Shown here in pieces: positions 18,445 through 25,979 of a stretch of DNA of 42,497 nucleotides. Within the stretch, counting starts at the first letter, position 1, and each line of letters starts with the position of its first letter. A program made the translations under genes and the position numbers. Under the pieces are notes generated by a model, which was not told the origin of the DNA, searched no databases, and was given only the letters and a program-made list of their open reading frames with translations. The stretch spans positions 1 to 42,497 of the forward strand of contig CAYLJT010000001.1 of the NCBI GenBank assembly GCA_964383995.1. The letters run 5' to 3'. This stretch comes from an uncultured Polyangiaceae bacterium (GTDB lineage: Bacteria; Myxococcota_A; Polyangia; Polyangiales; Polyangiaceae).

Positions 18445-20435
18445 GGGACCCCCTTCGGCAAAAAGCGTGAGAGCGCTCCGAAGTCGTCCTTCGAGCGAGA
18501 GAGACCGGCCTTTGCCAGTTCGCGGTAGGTGGCGCGCACCAAGTGCTCGGGGCGCAAAACGCCTTCGGGGTCGGCGGCGGCGAGGTGGGCGACGGCCACA
18601 CCGATGTTGTGGATGTCGCCGCCAGAGAGCGAGAAACGCTCGATGAACAACGACAGATCCAGGCCCCGCTCCCAGCGCTCGCGGCTTGGCAACGAGCGCT
18701 CCCACAACGCGCGACGCATGGACACATCGGGGGACGGCATCTCCAAGATGAAGCGGATACGCCTCACAAAGGCCGTGTCCATGTTGGAGCGCAGGTTGGT
18801 CGTCAGGATGCTTATCCCTTCGAACGACTCCATGCGCTGGAGCAAATAGGCCACCTCGACGTTGGCATAACGGTCGTGGGCGTCTTTCACCTCGGAGCGC
18901 TTGCCGAACAGGGCATCGGCCTCGTCGAAGAGCAAGATGCCGTGGCCCGCTTCGGCCTCTTCGAACACGCGAGAGAGCGACTTTTCGGTCTCACCGATGT
19001 ACTTGGAGACAACCTGGCTGAGGTCGATTCGATAGAGGTTGAGGCCCAGGGTGGATGCCAGGCACTGGGCCGCGAACGTTTTGCCCGTGCCCGGCGTGCC
19101 CGAGAACAAACACGAGAGGCCTTTTCCGAGGGGGCTGCGGCGCAAAAACGTCGTGTCCGCTTCGACCTTGGGCGCGGCCCGGTAGTAGCTGACGATGTCG
19201 CGCAACGCGGACAGCACCCCTTCGGGCGCCACGAGGTCGTCGAAGCTGGCCGTGGACGGGATGTGCGTCACGAGCCGTCCCATGCGTCGCGCACCTTGCG
19301 CGAGGATTTCGCGTGCGATGGCGTCGGCGCCCGGCACGGCGTTCGACGCCGCGCCCGAGAGCCGAGCGCGCGTGGCGGCGGCCCGCGCGGCGGCGCGCAC
19401 CTCGTCGAGGCTCACGCGAAAACGTTGGGCGAGGCGATCGACCTCGCCCGCGCTGGTCACCGTCGCGAAGATGCGGCGGCGCGTTTCGAGCTCCAGATCG
19501 GGCGCGTCCACCACGTCGATGCGCCCCACCTGCGCGTTCGCCGGGACCAACACCACGAGCCGCGGCAGCGTCGCCGACAGGCCGCGAACGAAGGCTTCGG
19601 CAAAGGGCTTGGCGGCGGTCGGCGCAAACAGATCGAGGACCAAGAGCCCGCCGCGCAGGCGGCCGAGCTCCGCGGCGTCGGGCAGCTCGTCGTTGCTCGT
19701 CACGACGAGGGCTGTGCTGTTGCTGAGGGACGCGATGTCGAGGGCGAGCTGCCGCGCGATGCGCGACGCCGTCGCGCGGATCGCGAGGATTTTGCTCTCG
19801 TCGAGGATCGTGAGGGCGCCTTCGACGACGGCCCTGGGCGACGCGATGGTGGTCGACGGCTCTTCGCGGAGCACCGCGATCGGCGTGTGCTCGATGTTGG
19901 GAATGTCCGAGACAAGCTGCACCCGCGCCTCGGCCGATGACAGCCGCAGCGGGTGCGCCGCGAGGGGCTTTTGCGAGGTGACGTCGAAGCGTTCGAGCAG
20001 GCCGAGCCGCTCCGCCTCGTTGCCCGGGAGGGCCGCCGCGAGGGCACGATCGAAGGGCAGGTCCATGGCCGAGACCAGCAGTCGTGCGAAGGAGGTCGGC
20101 GTGACGAGGTGCAGCCGCTCGTCCTCGCCGAGGATGCTGAGCGCCGCGGCGACCTCGGGAAACGCTTCGTTTGCAGCAGCAAGCAACACCAGCCACGCGG
20201 CCTCGTGGCTCATCCCGAAGCGCCCCGTGAGGCGGCCCCAGTGGGGGTCGTCGGATTGGGCAAACCCCTTCATCTTCAGGCCGAGGGCGCGCAGTCGGTC
20301 GCGGCCGTGGCGGAAGCCTTGGGTGACGTCGATGTCATCGTGGTCGCGCTCCGCCACGGCGCACTCGGCGCCGAGGATGGCGAGCTCACGCATCAGCGCG
20401 AGGCCCGGCCGTTCGAGCAGCGCGCGCCCGCTCAC
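18441..20435 (-). CDS. AAA+ ATPase, Afp15/Pvc15-type eCIS assembly ATPase (about 664 aa)
   Basis: ORF 18441..20723, trimmed to GTG 20435, which overlaps the DUF4255 stop (GTGA) with GGAG 8 nt upstream. An alternative ATG lies at 20393. Walker A: FSGTPGTGKTFAAQCLA. Walker B: GILLFDEADALFGKR. Sensor region: ILTTNLRSNMDTAFVRRIRF. Confidence 0.9.
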   Translation of the reverse strand: MSGRALLERPGLALMRELAILGAECAVAERDHDDIDVTQGFRHGRDRLRALGLKMKGFAQSDDPHWGRLTGRFGMSHEAAWLVLLAAANEAFPEVAAALSILGEDERLHLVTPTSFARLLVSAMDLPFDRALAAALPGNEAERLGLLERFDVTSQKPLAAHPLRLSSAEARVQLVSDIPNIEHTPIAVLREEPSTTIASPRAVVEGALTILDESKILAIRATASRIARQLALDIASLSNSTALVVTSNDELPDAAELGRLRGGLLVLDLFAPTAAKPFAEAFVRGLSATLPRLVVLVPANAQVGRIDVVDAPDLELETRRRIFATVTSAGEVDRLAQRFRVSLDEVRAAARAAATRARLSGAASNAVPGADAIAREILAQGARRMGRLVTHIPSTASFDDLVAPEGVLSALRDIVSYYRAAPKVEADTTFLRRSPLGKGLSCLFSGTPGTGKTFAAQCLASTLGLNLYRIDLSQVVSKYIGETEKSLSRVFEEAEAGHGILLFDEADALFGKRSEVKDAHDRYANVEVAYLLQRMESFEGISILTTNLRSNMDTAFVRRIRFILEMPSPDVSMRRALWERSLPSRERWERGLDLSLFIERFSLSGGDIHNIGVAVAHLAAADPEGVLRPEHLVRATYRELAKAGLSRSKDDFGALSRFLPKGVP

Positions 20436-21574
20436 GGCTCGATCTCCAGCACGATGAAGGGCGTAAATTGCACGGGGATGCCGACGCCCATGTCGAGGCG
20501 CGCGGCGACGCGGTAAACGCCTGAGGCGAGGCCCGTCGGGGTGACGTCGAGCGACGTCGCGGTCACCGAGGCAGCCGTAAATGGTTTGACGTCCGACGGA
20601 TCGAAGATGCCGCGATCGGGCCAGAAGTAGACCTCGACGACATTGCTGAGCCCCTGGCCCGTCAGCGTGAGGGCGCCGCTGCCTTGGCTGTGCGAGAACG
20701 CGGGCGGTCCGTCGAGCATCCATGCGCCCGTGCTTTGCACCTGGATTTCGTAGGCCTCGGAGGTGAGCTGACCGGAGCTGACGGTGACCTTGTGCGTGCC
20801 GGGGGCGATGGTGCCGATGGGCAGTTGCAGCCGCACGCCGCGATCGGGCTCGGCAGGGTCGACGGGCACCACCGCACCGCTCAGCACCGTGAAAAGGTTG
20901 GTGCCCACAGCAACCGTATCGGCAGCCGCGCCAAAGGGCCCGTCGATGCGGATGAACGCGTCTTCGGCGGGGCGCGCGGGCACGATGCGAGAGATGACCG
21001 GACGGCTGCGCGCGGTGGGGCCGCTGAGGTTGATGCCGAGGGGCGAGACCACGGCGCCGAGGCTCGTGGGCGGCAGCGCGCTCTTGATTTGAACGGGCCA
21101 GACTTCGTAGAGCAAGAACGGCCGATGTTTGATTTGCAGCGGGGAAAACAGCTTTTCCATCAAGTCCGGCGTCATCGGGACGAGGGACGTGTTGAGCTTG
21201 CCTTCACCGAGCGCAGGGGGAATCGCCAGGGCGGCGAGGTCGAGCACTTGCTTGTCGTGGAAGGCCTTGGCCACTTCGCCGAGCAAGCGATGCGCACCGT
21301 CCGCGTCTTTGGTGGGCGCCTCGCCGTAGGTCGTGATCATGAAAAAAATCGAAAGCGTGATGGGCGGCGAAGTGCCGCTGCCATCGGCGTTTCGCAGCAG
21401 ACCGTCGTTGCGGTGCGACGGATGCTCCATGACGTACATGAGCGACACGCGGACCTCTTCGGTCGTCAGCAACGTGTCCGGTGGCGGCGCCACCACCACC
21501 GACGGTGAGACCGTGGCCTTGAGGAAGGTGCTCAGCACGCTCGACGCGTGAAAGAGGTTCGTAAAAAGCGCCAT
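20432..21574 (-). CDS. DUF4255 (Pvc16/Afp16 N-domain) tail terminator/cap protein with a C-terminal Ig-like (IPT/TIG-like) extension, 380 aa
   Basis: ORF 20432..21643, trimmed to ATG 21574 (GGGGAGG upstream, 2 nt after the upstream stop). MALFTNLFHASSVLSTFLKATV...VRVSLMYVMEHPSHRND...PPITLSIFFMITTYG...AHRLLGEVAKAFHDKQVL matches the DUF4255 pattern. The last ~190 aa contain two beta-rich segments: RIVPARPAEDAFIRIDGP...THKVTVSS, and ALTLTGQGLSNVVEVYFW...VTATSLDVTPTGLASGVYRV. Confidence 0.85.
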   Translation of the reverse strand: MALFTNLFHASSVLSTFLKATVSPSVVVAPPPDTLLTTEEVRVSLMYVMEHPSHRNDGLLRNADGSGTSPPITLSIFFMITTYGEAPTKDADGAHRLLGEVAKAFHDKQVLDLAALAIPPALGEGKLNTSLVPMTPDLMEKLFSPLQIKHRPFLLYEVWPVQIKSALPPTSLGAVVSPLGINLSGPTARSRPVISRIVPARPAEDAFIRIDGPFGAAADTVAVGTNLFTVLSGAVVPVDPAEPDRGVRLQLPIGTIAPGTHKVTVSSGQLTSEAYEIQVQSTGAWMLDGPPAFSHSQGSGALTLTGQGLSNVVEVYFWPDRGIFDPSDVKPFTAASVTATSLDVTPTGLASGVYRVAARLDMGVGIPVQFTPFIVLEIEP

Positions 21575-21576
21575 CG

Positions 21577-22845
21577 TCAGAACCTCCCCGGGATGGTGGA
21601 GCCGAACGGCAGACCCGGATCGATGCCGTGGGCGCGGGGCCAAACCACCGAAGGCTCGGCCACCTGGGGCGCGCCCTTGGTCTGAATCTCCACGCGGCCG
21701 ATGGAGATTTTGATGCTCGGCGTCGCGGGCTTGGGGGCTGCCGCCGGGGTCGGACGACGTTCGGCGCGGGGCGTGACCGTCGGCTGCGGCGCTGTCTTCG
21801 CCGCGGACGCAGGCTTCATCCGTTGGCCCTCGGGCTCCCGTGCTCGCACCGCGGGCGCCGCCTTGTCTCGGACACGGGGCTCGGGCGCGGCCTTGAGCGG
21901 CGCCGGCACGGGCATCGGCGTCGGGCCCTTGGCAGGAGCCTCGGCGGGCCTCCCGGGCGCCTCTGGCGGGCCCTTCGCCGTCGCGGCGAGCCGGCGCTCA
22001 CGGAGCTCTTCTTCGGCGCGCTGCAAGCGCGCGGCGTAGCTCTCGCGGCCCTCCGCGGTGGGACGATCGACGGGCTGCTTCGGTGCGCCTTCCGTCGGCT
22101 CGCGCGGCCCGGCGGCGGCGACCTTGGGGCCCCGATCCACCGGCCCCGGCTGCGCGCCACGCGCCTCGTCCTGCGCTGGCCTCCGCGCCGGGTCGGGGCT
22201 GGTTTGAGCTGCAACGAAAGGCGACATCACGCGCTCCACCACCGTTCGCTCGACGCGCTCCACGACGCGCACGGTCTGCTCGCGCAGGGCGGGCGAGGCC
22301 GCCCTCGGCAGCGTCTTCGCCTCGCCTTTGGGCCCTTCGTTCGGCCCCATCGGCGCCGCGTAGATGCGGCTCTCCGGCCGCGTTTCGCTCGGCCTCGGGG
22401 CTCCTCGGCTTTCGGAGCGAGGCGCCTCCGCGCGCCCATCATCGGTTCGCCGCGCTCCATCGCCGAGGCTCGACGCGCGTGGAGCTCGCGCTGCCTGCGG
22501 CTCGGGCAGTGCGGGCTCCGCCCCGGGCTCTCGCGGACGAGCTTGTCGATCGCCGGGCGACGTAGGGCTCGAAGCGCGGTCTTCGGCGTCGTCGACGCGA
22601 TCGAGGGCCGGGCGGGGTGAGATCGCGCGTGCGGGGCGCGCGGGCTCCAAGACCGCGTCGTTCGGGGGCAGCTCGCCGGCCTCTTCGAGCGGGAATTCGC
22701 CTTCATTTCGCGCGTCGCGCGGCTCGGCGGAGGGCGCCGTCTCGCGCACGACAGCCGTGGTGGCGGCCCCGCGCGCGGCCGTCTTCGCGGGGCCGCTACG
22801 CGCCGATTGCAGAGGTCCGCTCGTGATGCGGTCGAGGGCACCCAT
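21577..22845 (-). CDS. Pro/Ala/Arg-rich low-complexity protein (422 aa) in the tape-measure (P2 gpT / Afp14) position
   Basis: ORF track. The ATG at 22845 is preceded by GGAAGG and lies 3 nt after the upstream stop. Composition is dominated by P/A/R/E, with one short helical segment (REQTVRVVERVERTVVERV, YAARLQRAEEELRERRLAA). C-terminus: ...SIKISIGRVEIQTKGAP. The tape-measure assignment rests on synteny only. Confidence 0.55.
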   Translation of the reverse strand: MGALDRITSGPLQSARSGPAKTAARGAATTAVVRETAPSAEPRDARNEGEFPLEEAGELPPNDAVLEPARPARAISPRPALDRVDDAEDRASSPTSPGDRQARPREPGAEPALPEPQAARAPRASSLGDGARRTDDGRAEAPRSESRGAPRPSETRPESRIYAAPMGPNEGPKGEAKTLPRAASPALREQTVRVVERVERTVVERVMSPFVAAQTSPDPARRPAQDEARGAQPGPVDRGPKVAAAGPREPTEGAPKQPVDRPTAEGRESYAARLQRAEEELRERRLAATAKGPPEAPGRPAEAPAKGPTPMPVPAPLKAAPEPRVRDKAAPAVRAREPEGQRMKPASAAKTAPQPTVTPRAERRPTPAAAPKPATPSIKISIGRVEIQTKGAPQVAEPSVVWPRAHGIDPGLPFGSTIPGRF

Positions 22846-22848
22846 GGG

Positions 22849-23022
22849 TCAGCCTTCCAGCCCGAGGCCCGCGACGAGGGCCCGCGTGTCGTCGACATCG
22901 ATGAGCTCTAGGTAGGCAAGGCGTCGCCGCAGCGGCAGGCGCAAAATGGCGTCTTCGCTCCAGTGGTACCGCGTTGCCAAGCGGTGGATGTCTTCGAGCA
23001 TGCGGCGACCTCGTGTCGTCAT
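22849..23022 (-). CDS. Small 57-aa ORF, either an independent product or the -1 frame extension of the upstream gene; possibly DUF6760-like
   Basis: C-terminal part of the 22849..23784 frame: MTTRGRRMLEDIHRLATRYHWSEDAILRLPLRRRLAYLELIDVDDTRALVAGLGLEG. The ATG at 23022 overlaps the upstream TGA (ATGA). No Shine-Dalgarno is visible. The YHWSE..IL.LP..RR..YL motif recalls small conserved eCIS-locus proteins (from memory, unverified). Confidence 0.55.
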   Translation of the reverse strand: MTTRGRRMLEDIHRLATRYHWSEDAILRLPLRRRLAYLELIDVDDTRALVAGLGLEG

Positions 23023-23768
23023 CTCGGCAAAAAAAAACCGGCCACATCGAACGGCTCTGAAAAGGCGTGAGCGCACGCGGCGCAGACCACGTCCATCGCG
23101 AGCTCGGCCTCCGGCAGGGCGCCTTCCAAGGCGGCTTCGAGAGCCCTTCTCACCGCCGTTGGCAGCGCCTGCGCGAACGCGTCGTCGAAGGGGCCTTCGC
23201 GGTCGCCGTAGCGGAGGAGCGTGCGCGCGATGAGCCACGTGCGCTTCTCGGCCGCGGTCTCGAGGGCCTCGTCGAGCAGCTCTTCCTGGTCCCCTGCGGT
23301 GGGCAGGCGCAGCTCCGCGCGCACATCGTTGGTGGTCAAAACATTCAACCGGCGCTGCCCGACGTCGCCCGAATAAAGAGGCAGATCGCTCAGCTTGAAG
23401 TCGACCTCGTTCTTGGCCCGGCACGCGGGGCAGGTGACGTCCGCGTTGACCGTGTCGCCAAACGAAAGGCGCCGTACGAGCACCAGGGCCAGGTCGCGCT
23501 CGGCGACGGTCATGTCTCGGACGCGCTTGAGGGCCTCGCTGTGATCGTGGCCCGGTGGCACCAAACAGCGCGCGACGATCTCGTTGCAAAGGCGCGCGGT
23601 GTTCGGGTCGCCCTGATGGCGTTCGACGACCTCTTCTTCGAAGCCGGTCATCGAACGCAGCGCGAGCGTCGAGCGCGTGCCGCCATCGACCCGCTTCGCG
23701 TTCGCGGCGCGCCGCGTGGCAAAGGGGTTCTCGATGCGATCGGTGCTCGAACGCTCGTCCGCCTTCAT
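23019..23768 (-). CDS. Post-tube 249-aa protein with two CxxC pairs (zinc-ribbon-like), in the tail/baseplate assembly chaperone position
   Basis: ORF track. The ATG at 23768 is preceded by GAGGAG. Contains VTCPACRAKNE and VVCAACAHAF. It sits between the tube gene and the tape-measure candidate, like P2 gpE or lambda gpG. It may belong to what annotation pipelines call the 'T4 family baseplate hub assembly chaperone' (memory only). Confidence 0.6.
   Translation of the reverse strand: MKADERSSTDRIENPFATRRAANAKRVDGGTRSTLALRSMTGFEEEVVERHQGDPNTARLCNEIVARCLVPPGHDHSEALKRVRDMTVAERDLALVLVRRLSFGDTVNADVTCPACRAKNEVDFKLSDLPLYSGDVGQRRLNVLTTNDVRAELRLPTAGDQEELLDEALETAAEKRTWLIARTLLRYGDREGPFDDAFAQALPTAVRRALEAALEGALPEAELAMDVVCAACAHAFSEPFDVAGFFLPR
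23022..23040 (-). promoter_or_regulatory. Candidate -1 programmed ribosomal frameshift site (T9G; T_TTT_TTT and T_TTT_TTG in zero-frame register)
   Basis: The minus strand reads GTG GCC GGT TTT TTT TTG CCG AGA TGA (plus-strand A9 at 23029-23037). The -1 frame continues TTT GCC GAG ATG ACG... into the 57-codon ORF. Position and heptamer resemble phage P2 E/E+E'. Confidence 0.4.
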
Positions 23769-23802
23769 GACTCCTCGTGCTCACCCCAAAGGGGGCAAGC
23801 GG

Positions 23803-24303
23803 TCAGGTTTCGACCGGCTCGGTCAGCGAAGCATCCCGCTGGAAGCCTTCGTGCTCGATCTTGATCATGGTGATCGCGACCGCGTTCGCGTTGGCATCCA
23901 TCTCGGGCGTCGCCTGGTACTCGCTCACCCAGGCGCGTCGCACCTTGTAGCGAAGGACCGGCGTGCCCTGCAGGTTCATCACCTCGATGAACAGGTCCTT
24001 GCGGTACTTCGCAAGCGACATCGCCGCGGAGCCCTCCAGGTTGTTCACGAGGTTCGCCCAGTCTTCGAAGGTTGTGTCGTGGGTGAGCCCCGCTTCCATC
24101 GTGATCGCTTCGAACTTCGTGCGACCAGGCATCTTGCGGACGATCGAGGGATCGCCCGCCTCACGCCATTCGATGGCCTCGGTGGTCTTCTTGAGCGCGC
24201 CCATCTTCGAGAGACCCGCGACGGCGCGGCCGTCGAGGACCACTCGAAAACGGAAGTTTTTGTAGGGATCGCTGCGGTGCGTGTTGACGGAGAACTGAGC
24301 CAT
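23803..24303 (-). CDS. Contractile tail tube protein (T4 gp19 / Afp1 / TIGR02241-type), 166 aa
   Basis: ORF track. MAQFSVNTHRSDPYKNFRFRVVLDGRAVAGLSKMGALKKTTEAIEWREAGDPSIVRKMPGRTKFEAITMEAGLTHD...LRYKVRRAWVSEY is a textbook eCIS/PLTS tube sequence. Confidence 0.92.
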   Translation of the reverse strand: MAQFSVNTHRSDPYKNFRFRVVLDGRAVAGLSKMGALKKTTEAIEWREAGDPSIVRKMPGRTKFEAITMEAGLTHDTTFEDWANLVNNLEGSAAMSLAKYRKDLFIEVMNLQGTPVLRYKVRRAWVSEYQATPEMDANANAVAITMIKIEHEGFQRDASLTEPVET

Positions 24304-24315
24304 GGTGGTTCCTCG

Positions 24316-25878
24316 CTACGCCTTCTGATTCACGATCTGGCTGAGCTTGACGACGACGAACTCGGCGGGGCGGAGCGGCGCGAAGCCGACCCACACGTTC
24401 ACGATGCCTGCGATCTGATCGATCTCAGGCGTGGTCTCCGAGTCGCATTTGACAAAGTAGGCGTCGCGGGACGTGGCCCCGGCGAAGGCGCCCTGCCGGA
24501 AGAGCTGCTCCATGAACCCGCCAATGGCGAGCCGGAGGTTGCTCCAAAGCTGCTCATCGTTGGGCTCGAACACCGCCCACTGGATGCCGTTGTAGATGCT
24601 CGTGCGCAGGAAGATGGCCGTGCGCCGCACGGGCACATAACGCCACTCGCTCGACGGCTGCATGGTGCGCGAGCCCCACACCACATTGCCTCCTTGGGGC
24701 AGCGAGCGGAGCGCGTTGATGCCCAAGGGATTGAGATCGTCTTGGTGCGTGTCGAGAAGTTTGTACTCAATCTTTCTCACGCCGAGCAACGTGGCTTCGA
24801 GCCCCGCGGGCGCCTTCCACACGCCGCGTCGTTGATCGGTGCGGCCATAGAGCCCGGCGACGAACGCCGAGGGACCCATGACGACGGTGGGATCGCGGCC
24901 GTTGCCGATCGGATCGCTAATCTCCAGCCACGGGAAATACACCGCGCCGAAGTTCGTCTTCGTCATCGACGCGTACTCGGTGACCGTGTCGCTCGTGGCC
25001 TGGGTAGGCGTCACCGAGGACTTCTGACGAGGCATGTCTGCGACACAGAAGAGGTCCTGTCGCGCCCGGTTTTCGGCGTAGTCGAGGGCGACCTGCTGAA
25101 TCGTGCGGGTGTTCGCGTCGGTGTCCGACGTGTTGGCGAAGCGAGCGGGGCACACGAGGAGGCTCGCGTCGGTGACCTCGTCGAGGCGCTGAAAGAGGTT
25201 GGAGTCGAAGTCGGTCGGGCCCATCGTCGTGCCGCCGCCAGCGCCGCCGCTGAGCGTGACCGGGGAGGCGTCCGTGGCCGGGACCGTGGTGGCCACCGCG
25301 GGGGGCGCGATGTTGGTGTTCCAACGAATGTAGAGGCTCCGGAAGAGCACGTCCGGCGCGTAGTTCTCGTCGGACGCGTCGAAGCTCAGGCGATCCCACG
25401 TCTCGACCGCGGTGAACGTCAAAGCGCCCGGCAGCCGATAACGAACATCGATCTTGAAGCGGCTCGCCGAGCCGTCGCTGGAAGGCCCGAACTTGATGTC
25501 GACGCTGTCTCCCCACGACCCCGGCGACGAGGCCGCGATGCTGACCTGATTGGGCGAAACCCCGACGGTGCGCGTGCTGGTGGCCACCGTGTCGGTGGTC
25601 TTGATCGCCCGAAGGATATAGGCCGTCGTGCCACCGTTGCCGAAGTACGCGTCCATCGCATAACGGAGCTCGACCCGCTCCGCGACGCCGGAGACGTCCC
25701 TCTCGTAGCCTCCAAAGGCCCTCTCGAAGTCGGCCTTTCCTTTGATTTTCGTGGGCTCGAAAGGACCCCTTTCAGTTTGACCCACAAAGATTGTCGTCGA
25801 CGTACCGGCTCCTTCGATGGAGCGTGCGCCGCTCGGAATCTCTTCGACGTAAACACCCGGATGCAAGCGTGCAGGCAT
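24316..25878 (-). CDS. Contractile tail sheath protein (Afp2/Pvc2-type), 520 aa
   Basis: ORF track. The N-terminus MPARLHPGVYVEEIPSGARSIEGAGTSTTIFVGQTERGP and the C-terminal part ...LNPLGINALRSLPQGGNVVWGSRTM...WRYVPVRRTAIFLRTSIYNGIQWAVFEPN are hallmark phage sheath motifs. Confidence 0.95.
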   Translation of the reverse strand: MPARLHPGVYVEEIPSGARSIEGAGTSTTIFVGQTERGPFEPTKIKGKADFERAFGGYERDVSGVAERVELRYAMDAYFGNGGTTAYILRAIKTTDTVATSTRTVGVSPNQVSIAASSPGSWGDSVDIKFGPSSDGSASRFKIDVRYRLPGALTFTAVETWDRLSFDASDENYAPDVLFRSLYIRWNTNIAPPAVATTVPATDASPVTLSGGAGGGTTMGPTDFDSNLFQRLDEVTDASLLVCPARFANTSDTDANTRTIQQVALDYAENRARQDLFCVADMPRQKSSVTPTQATSDTVTEYASMTKTNFGAVYFPWLEISDPIGNGRDPTVVMGPSAFVAGLYGRTDQRRGVWKAPAGLEATLLGVRKIEYKLLDTHQDDLNPLGINALRSLPQGGNVVWGSRTMQPSSEWRYVPVRRTAIFLRTSIYNGIQWAVFEPNDEQLWSNLRLAIGGFMEQLFRQGAFAGATSRDAYFVKCDSETTPEIDQIAGIVNVWVGFAPLRPAEFVVVKLSQIVNQKA

Positions 25879-25979
25879 GACTTATCCCTTCCGAAAGCCT
25901 TCTACGAAGCCGATTCGTGTGAGCCTACCTTCGGCGAAGCCCGAAGCGTGCCCGCACCAAACGCACTTCGCGTGTGCAC

